Shown here piece by piece: positions 60,472 to 64,000 of a DNA stretch of 64,000 nucleotides (the first letter of the stretch is position 1; the number at the start of each line of letters is the position of its first letter). The stretch covers positions 148-64,147 of IMG/VR virus record IMGVR_UViG_3300034071_000338. The stretch is one strand, 5' to 3'. The stretch comes from a virus (Duplodnaviria > Caudoviricetes). The notes under the pieces were generated by a model. The model worked only from the letters and a program-made list of their open reading frames with translations, was not told the DNA's origin and did no database searches. The translations under genes and the position numbers were made by a program.

Positions 60472-60615
60472 TAAACGAGAGAGAAAGAGACAAGAGAGAG
60501 GCTTTTAGACCTCTCCCGTACATTGCAAGTACAAACTTTGTACAATATCAGGCAACCTCAAGCGCCTTATTGTATTGAGTTTCCATATATCAGATAAAAA
60601 AAAGATTAAAAAAAT

Positions 60616-60645
60616 TTTGTAGTATTCAGAATTGAACTATATTTG
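60616..60645 (+). promoter_or_regulatory. Early promoter, Bacteroidota sigma-A consensus
   Basis: TTTG (60616-60619), 18-nt spacer, TATATTTG (60638-60645); upstream of ATG 60685. Confidence 0.7.
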
Positions 60646-60684
60646 AGAAACAATTGAACAATTAATAATCAAAATTTAAACACT

Positions 60685-61320
60685 ATGAGTCAATTACTAA
60701 GCATCGAAAGTAGTTTCTTGAACTTGCCAATAGTCAAGCAGAGCTTGAACTTGCAAGAAATCAGGAGCGTTCAACGAACTATCGTAAACGCAAAGAAGAA
60801 AAAGTTCGAACAAACTTTGGCCTTGAGTAAGTTAGTTACTAAGGCGGTTGAGTGGTTTCAGTCAGAAGAGGGTCAACGAGTATGCACCGAAGAGGGTATC
60901 AGTTGGACGAATGAGGAAATTGGTCAGAAAGTTTTCGGATGGCAAAAATCATTTTTCTACAAGGTAGTCAAGGCGGGTAAGTTAGACGAGGCCGTTGTTG
61001 ACACGTTCAAGGCTAAGTGTGACGAGGCCGAGACACGTGGTGAAGACCCGAACCGCTCACTTGAGGGCTTACTGAAATTCGCTAAGCAAGTGGAAACGGG
61101 CACAAGTGAAAGTGGACAAGGTGAAGGCGGAGAGGGTGAGAGTGAGGCGCAAGTTGAGACACGTGTTGAAACCATACTCACGTTCACGTACAAAAGTGAG
61201 GGAGGCAATGTTTCAGTGCGTATCGATGCCGAGGGTAACGTGAAAACCACTAACAGCGCCGAGCAAATTCGTGAGGCTATTGCGGTATTACAATTTTCAA
61301 TCCAAAATCAAAATCAATAA
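60685..61320 (+). CDS. Hypothetical early protein
   Basis: 211 aa, first gene of the + strand block; possible HTH-like segment. Confidence 0.75.
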   Translation: MSQLLSIESSFLNLPIVKQSLNLQEIRSVQRTIVNAKKKKFEQTLALSKLVTKAVEWFQSEEGQRVCTEEGISWTNEEIGQKVFGWQKSFFYKVVKAGKLDEAVVDTFKAKCDEAETRGEDPNRSLEGLLKFAKQVETGTSESGQGEGGEGESEAQVETRVETILTFTYKSEGGNVSVRIDAEGNVKTTNSAEQIREAIAVLQFSIQNQNQ

Positions 61321-61322
61321 TT

Positions 61323-62192
61323 ATGAACGGAGTAATTTACCAAACAACGGGTCAACGTGAGCGTGGTCAAGTTCAACATTACCATCGTAAGCCGAGCCCA
61401 CTATTTTTGAACAAGACTAAGCACGTTGTTGACGTTGCGGGTCTTAAGAAAGCCGACCAACGTACGGCTATCAAGTTCGAGGGTCAAGACATTGAGGCTA
61501 AGTTCACCATCGGTTTCGAGGTTGAAAAAAATCAACTTCACCGAGGTGCGGTGCGTGAGTATGAATTGTTTTGTGGTTTCGAGCGTGATGGGTCTTGCGG
61601 TTACGAGGCCGTTACCCACGTGCTCCCTTTATTGCCATCGGGTGGGTGGCGCACTAAGGTTTACGATATGATGCACAAGGCCGAAAAAATTATCGATGAT
61701 AGATACAGCCCGAGCGATAGACGTTGCGGAGGCCATATCACGATAGCGGTTGACGGCTTGAGCGGTGACCAACTTCGTGAGGCGGTGCGTAAAAATTGCG
61801 GTATCATTTACGCCTTATTCAAGAAGCGCCTTACGAACAACTATTGCAGTTACAATAATCGTATGCAATCTTACAACGAGTGTACTAATTGGCATAGCAA
61901 GTACCAATTGGCGCTCGTTAAGGGTGGTTGCCTTGAGTTTAGGGTGCCAAGCCGTTTCGAGTCAGTAAAGCAAATGATGAGACGCTATGAGTTGTTTTAC
62001 GAGGTAGTTAACGCCTCCGTATCAGGCACAAGCCACGAGGCGCTCCTTAAGAAGCTAAAGCCCGTTATCGTGTCAATGTACAACGGGGATACAGCCAAGG
62101 CTGACGAGGTGCTAAGACTCGCTAAGTTATTCAGGACGTACATTCTGAAAGGTGAGGTGCATCAGGACATTCTACCTTACTTGTCAAGGTAG
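61323..62192 (+). CDS. Amidoligase (COOH-NH2 ligase, glutamine synthetase/GCS2-like fold)
   Basis: TIGFEVE, DGS..YEAVT, CGGHITI and LEFR motifs. Confidence 0.8.
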   Translation: MNGVIYQTTGQRERGQVQHYHRKPSPLFLNKTKHVVDVAGLKKADQRTAIKFEGQDIEAKFTIGFEVEKNQLHRGAVREYELFCGFERDGSCGYEAVTHVLPLLPSGGWRTKVYDMMHKAEKIIDDRYSPSDRRCGGHITIAVDGLSGDQLREAVRKNCGIIYALFKKRLTNNYCSYNNRMQSYNECTNWHSKYQLALVKGGCLEFRVPSRFESVKQMMRRYELFYEVVNASVSGTSHEALLKKLKPVIVSMYNGDTAKADEVLRLAKLFRTYILKGEVHQDILPYLSR

Positions 62193-62203
62193 CAACAACG
62201 GGA

Positions 62204-62219
62204 GTGTCTTCAAAGACAC
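62204..62219. repeat. 16-bp palindrome copy 10, inside hairpin 62200-62223
   Basis: GGGA-GTGTCTTCAAAGACAC-TCCC, abutting hammerhead 2. Confidence 0.95.
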
Positions 62220-62223
62220 TCCC

Positions 62224-62274
62224 TCCGTAGCGGAGTGAGTGCTCCGCCTGACGAGGCCTAAAGGCCGAAACGGA
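62224..62274 (+). ncRNA. Type III hammerhead ribozyme 2, predicted cleavage after GUA at 62229
   Basis: UCCG-UA, stem I GCGGAG/CUCCGC, core CUGACGA, stem II GGCC-UAAA-GGCC, GAAA, CGGA. Confidence 0.93.
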
Positions 62275-62320
62275 ATTTTAAAACCGAAGGTTTAAAACCC
62301 CTTCAAAAATCAAAATCAAA

Positions 62321-62446
62321 ATGGGACAATCAATCACAATCTTAGAATTATTAGCTATCGGCTTAGTGACCATCGTGTTATACGCCTTTGTTAAAACTTT
62401 AATTCAAACGTGGGGACGCAATGCGGACACACATTCAAAAAACTAA
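62321..62446 (+). CDS. Small membrane peptide (not in ORF track)
   Basis: 41 aa with a hydrophobic helix; preceded by AATCAAAATCAAA. Confidence 0.5.
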   Translation: MGQSITILELLAIGLVTIVLYAFVKTLIQTWGRNADTHSKN

Positions 62447-62456
62447 AACCAATCCA

Positions 62457-63026
62457 ATGAGAAAAATCACAAGAGAAATCGTGGACGCCTTTCAAAACAG
62501 CCGTTCACTCACAATCGGCAACAGCCGTACCAATGGCGAGAGCCTATGGCTATTCGACAATAAGATAGCCGAAATCAGGAGGGATGGCTTATGGATATGT
62601 AATGGTGGTTGGAATAGCGCAACCACAAAGGAGAGACTCAATGGCTTATCAGGTGTGCACATTGTACAACGTGGTGGCAATTGGTTCTTAAATTTCAGGC
62701 AATGGGATGGTCGATGGGTTAACGTAGATGCGTGGAATCAGGAAGCAGAATCGGTGCCTGAGGAAATTGTTCAGGAGCCTGAGTTCGATGTTACCAGCGA
62801 ATGGATGGAGCAAGGGTATAGCAGACCCGTTTATTCAATCTACCATACGTTGGTGGAGTCAAACCTTGAGGAGGTGGAGCAGATGCTAAACGGGGAAGGG
62901 ATACCAACCAAAAGGATGGAGTCAGATACTGAGGGTGCGTATCAACCAAACTACTTCATCGTGGTGCGACCTGAGGATGTAGTAAGAGCGAGTTCAATAT
63001 TGTGTACTAATTATTCACTTATATAA
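62457..63026 (+). CDS. Hypothetical early protein (W.S.TTKERLN motif)
   Basis: ORF track 62421; ATG 62457 is the more likely start. Confidence 0.75.
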   Translation: MRKITREIVDAFQNSRSLTIGNSRTNGESLWLFDNKIAEIRRDGLWICNGGWNSATTKERLNGLSGVHIVQRGGNWFLNFRQWDGRWVNVDAWNQEAESVPEEIVQEPEFDVTSEWMEQGYSRPVYSIYHTLVESNLEEVEQMLNGEGIPTKRMESDTEGAYQPNYFIVVRPEDVVRASSILCTNYSLI

Positions 63027-63037
63027 ATCAAATCAAA

Positions 63038-63298
63038 ATGAAATTCGATTATTTCTTAGACCAAAAAGTTACAACGTGGTATAGAACACGTTTTGAAATC
63101 AATGCAAACAATCAGGAGGAGGCTGATGAAAAAGCAAAGGAGTTTATAAGAGTCGGCAATCATTCAGATATTGAGTGGGAACAAGTAGATGGTGTTATTG
63201 ATGTAATGACTCCTGAAATAAATGACAATCAGGCTACGGAAGAGTTGTTTCAAAGTAATGGGGAGGATGAAAAAATTTGGGACAATTTAAATGATTAA
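63038..63298 (+). CDS. Hypothetical acidic early protein
   Basis: I.A...EEA..KA motif; preceded by AATCAAATCAAA. Confidence 0.7.
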   Translation: MKFDYFLDQKVTTWYRTRFEINANNQEEADEKAKEFIRVGNHSDIEWEQVDGVIDVMTPEINDNQATEELFQSNGEDEKIWDNLND

Positions 63299-63327
63299 AA
63301 GTGAGGGTGTACTTCGAGCGTATGCGA

Positions 63328-63343
63328 GTGTCTTCAAAGACAC
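63328..63343. repeat. 16-bp palindrome copy 11
   Basis: GTGTCTTCAAAGACAC, 19 nt upstream of hammerhead 3; an extra right half-site AAGACAC lies at 63356-63362. Confidence 0.95.
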
Positions 63344-63362
63344 AAGCGTACACTCAAGACAC

Positions 63363-63414
63363 TCCGTCCCTGAGTGTGTTGCTCGGGCTGATGAGTCCTA
63401 AAGGACGAAACGGA
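63363..63414 (+). ncRNA. Type III hammerhead ribozyme 3, predicted cleavage after GUC at 63368
   Basis: UCCG-UC, stem I CCUGAG/CUCGGG, core CUGAUGA, stem II GUCC-UAAA-GGAC, GAAA, CGGA. Confidence 0.93.
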
Positions 63415-63436
63415 AACCATTTTAAATCTAATCAAG

Positions 63437-63727
63437 ATGACAAAAGACAGCCAACAAATTATGGAGGAGTTGTTCGTGGTGTACTACGAGCAATGCCCAA
63501 CAGCACGAATCAAGTACGCAATCTATGACCCGACCAAGACGCAAGGGCACATTGTATTGCAAGATGAGTGGATGGAGATTATTTATTTTGCGGGAGCGGA
63601 CTCGGTTAAGTTCACAATCGTGAGAGAAGATGAATGTTATTTCTTTGACAACTACGTGGATGCGGTTAAGTATTCAAATATGCCCATCGATGAGTTCAAC
63701 GAGTATGTTTTATCAATCACCCTTTAA
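63437..63727 (+). CDS. Hypothetical early protein
   Basis: Starts within a 27-bp direct repeat. Confidence 0.65.
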   Translation: MTKDSQQIMEELFVVYYEQCPTARIKYAIYDPTKTQGHIVLQDEWMEIIYFAGADSVKFTIVREDECYFFDNYVDAVKYSNMPIDEFNEYVLSITL

Positions 63728-63738
63728 ATCTAATCAAG

Positions 63739-63939
63739 ATGACAAAAGAACAAACAACGTTGAGTCCTCAAATGGAGCGCAACGAAATCATTCAGGACGT
63801 AATTGATAGGCTTATCTATCTACCTGATGAGAAGCTACAAGAGTACAAGCACTACCTTGACGTGCTCGTGTCAGTGTATCCAATCGATATGAGAATCGAG
63901 GACGGAATCAGAATCTATCACGTAAAAAAATCCAAGTAA
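63739..63939 (+). CDS. Hypothetical early protein
   Basis: Starts within the second copy of the 27-bp repeat. Confidence 0.6.
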   Translation: MTKEQTTLSPQMERNEIIQDVIDRLIYLPDEKLQEYKHYLDVLVSVYPIDMRIEDGIRIYHVKKSK

Positions 63940-64000
63940 GATGAATCACAATCAAGACTTATGGAGATGCCACGAGTGTGGCAATGACTATGGCAGACAC

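Noticed and set aside
62101-62130. Other CTGANGA strings (6041, 62101, 63123, 63824) as further hammerheads
   Set aside because: They lie inside CDSs and lack stem II, GAAA and a matching stem III
449-63343. Palindrome copies as a CRISPR array or insertion-sequence ends
   Set aside because: Copies are kilobases apart with no regular spacers; there are no cas genes, no transposase and no visible target-site duplications, and the intragenic copies do not disrupt frames
63301-63528. 75-aa ORF in the track
   Set aside because: It spans the palindrome and hammerhead 3 and overlaps 63437..63727 out of frame; probably spurious
1-64000. Stop-codon reassignment as seen in some crAss-like phages
   Set aside because: Genes are long, intact and densely packed under the standard code, and there is no suppressor anticodon

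Overview
The window holds most of a tailed dsDNA phage genome. The host is probably a Bacteroidota member, judging from TAnnTTTG promoters and A-rich, SD-less translation starts. The virion module resembles crAss-like/Bacteroidota podophages. Early and replication genes run on the + strand at both ends (60.7-64 kb and 1-14.7 kb). They include an amidoligase, a GATase-GGCT fusion, a Sak3-like annealase, an exonuclease, an SSB, a primase-helicase and an SF2 helicase. The late genes (GroEL/GroES, lysis, tail fibres, terminase, portal, capsid, tail and a 2858-aa putative ejection protein) run on the - strand from 59.3 to 14.7 kb. The most striking unannotated signal is non-coding: three complete type III hammerhead ribozymes (1642-1692, 62224-62274, 63363-63414) and one tRNA-like element (5602-5682). 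Each lies just downstream of the same 16-bp palindrome GTGTCTTYRAAGACAC, which occurs at least 11 times in the window, four times inside genes in three different reading frames. Other notable items are a RelA/SpoT-like synthetase domain inside the giant virion protein and two matching iteron-like origin candidates, alongside two DnaA domain IV-like proteins. All protein calls come from motif recognition by eye; no database searches were run.
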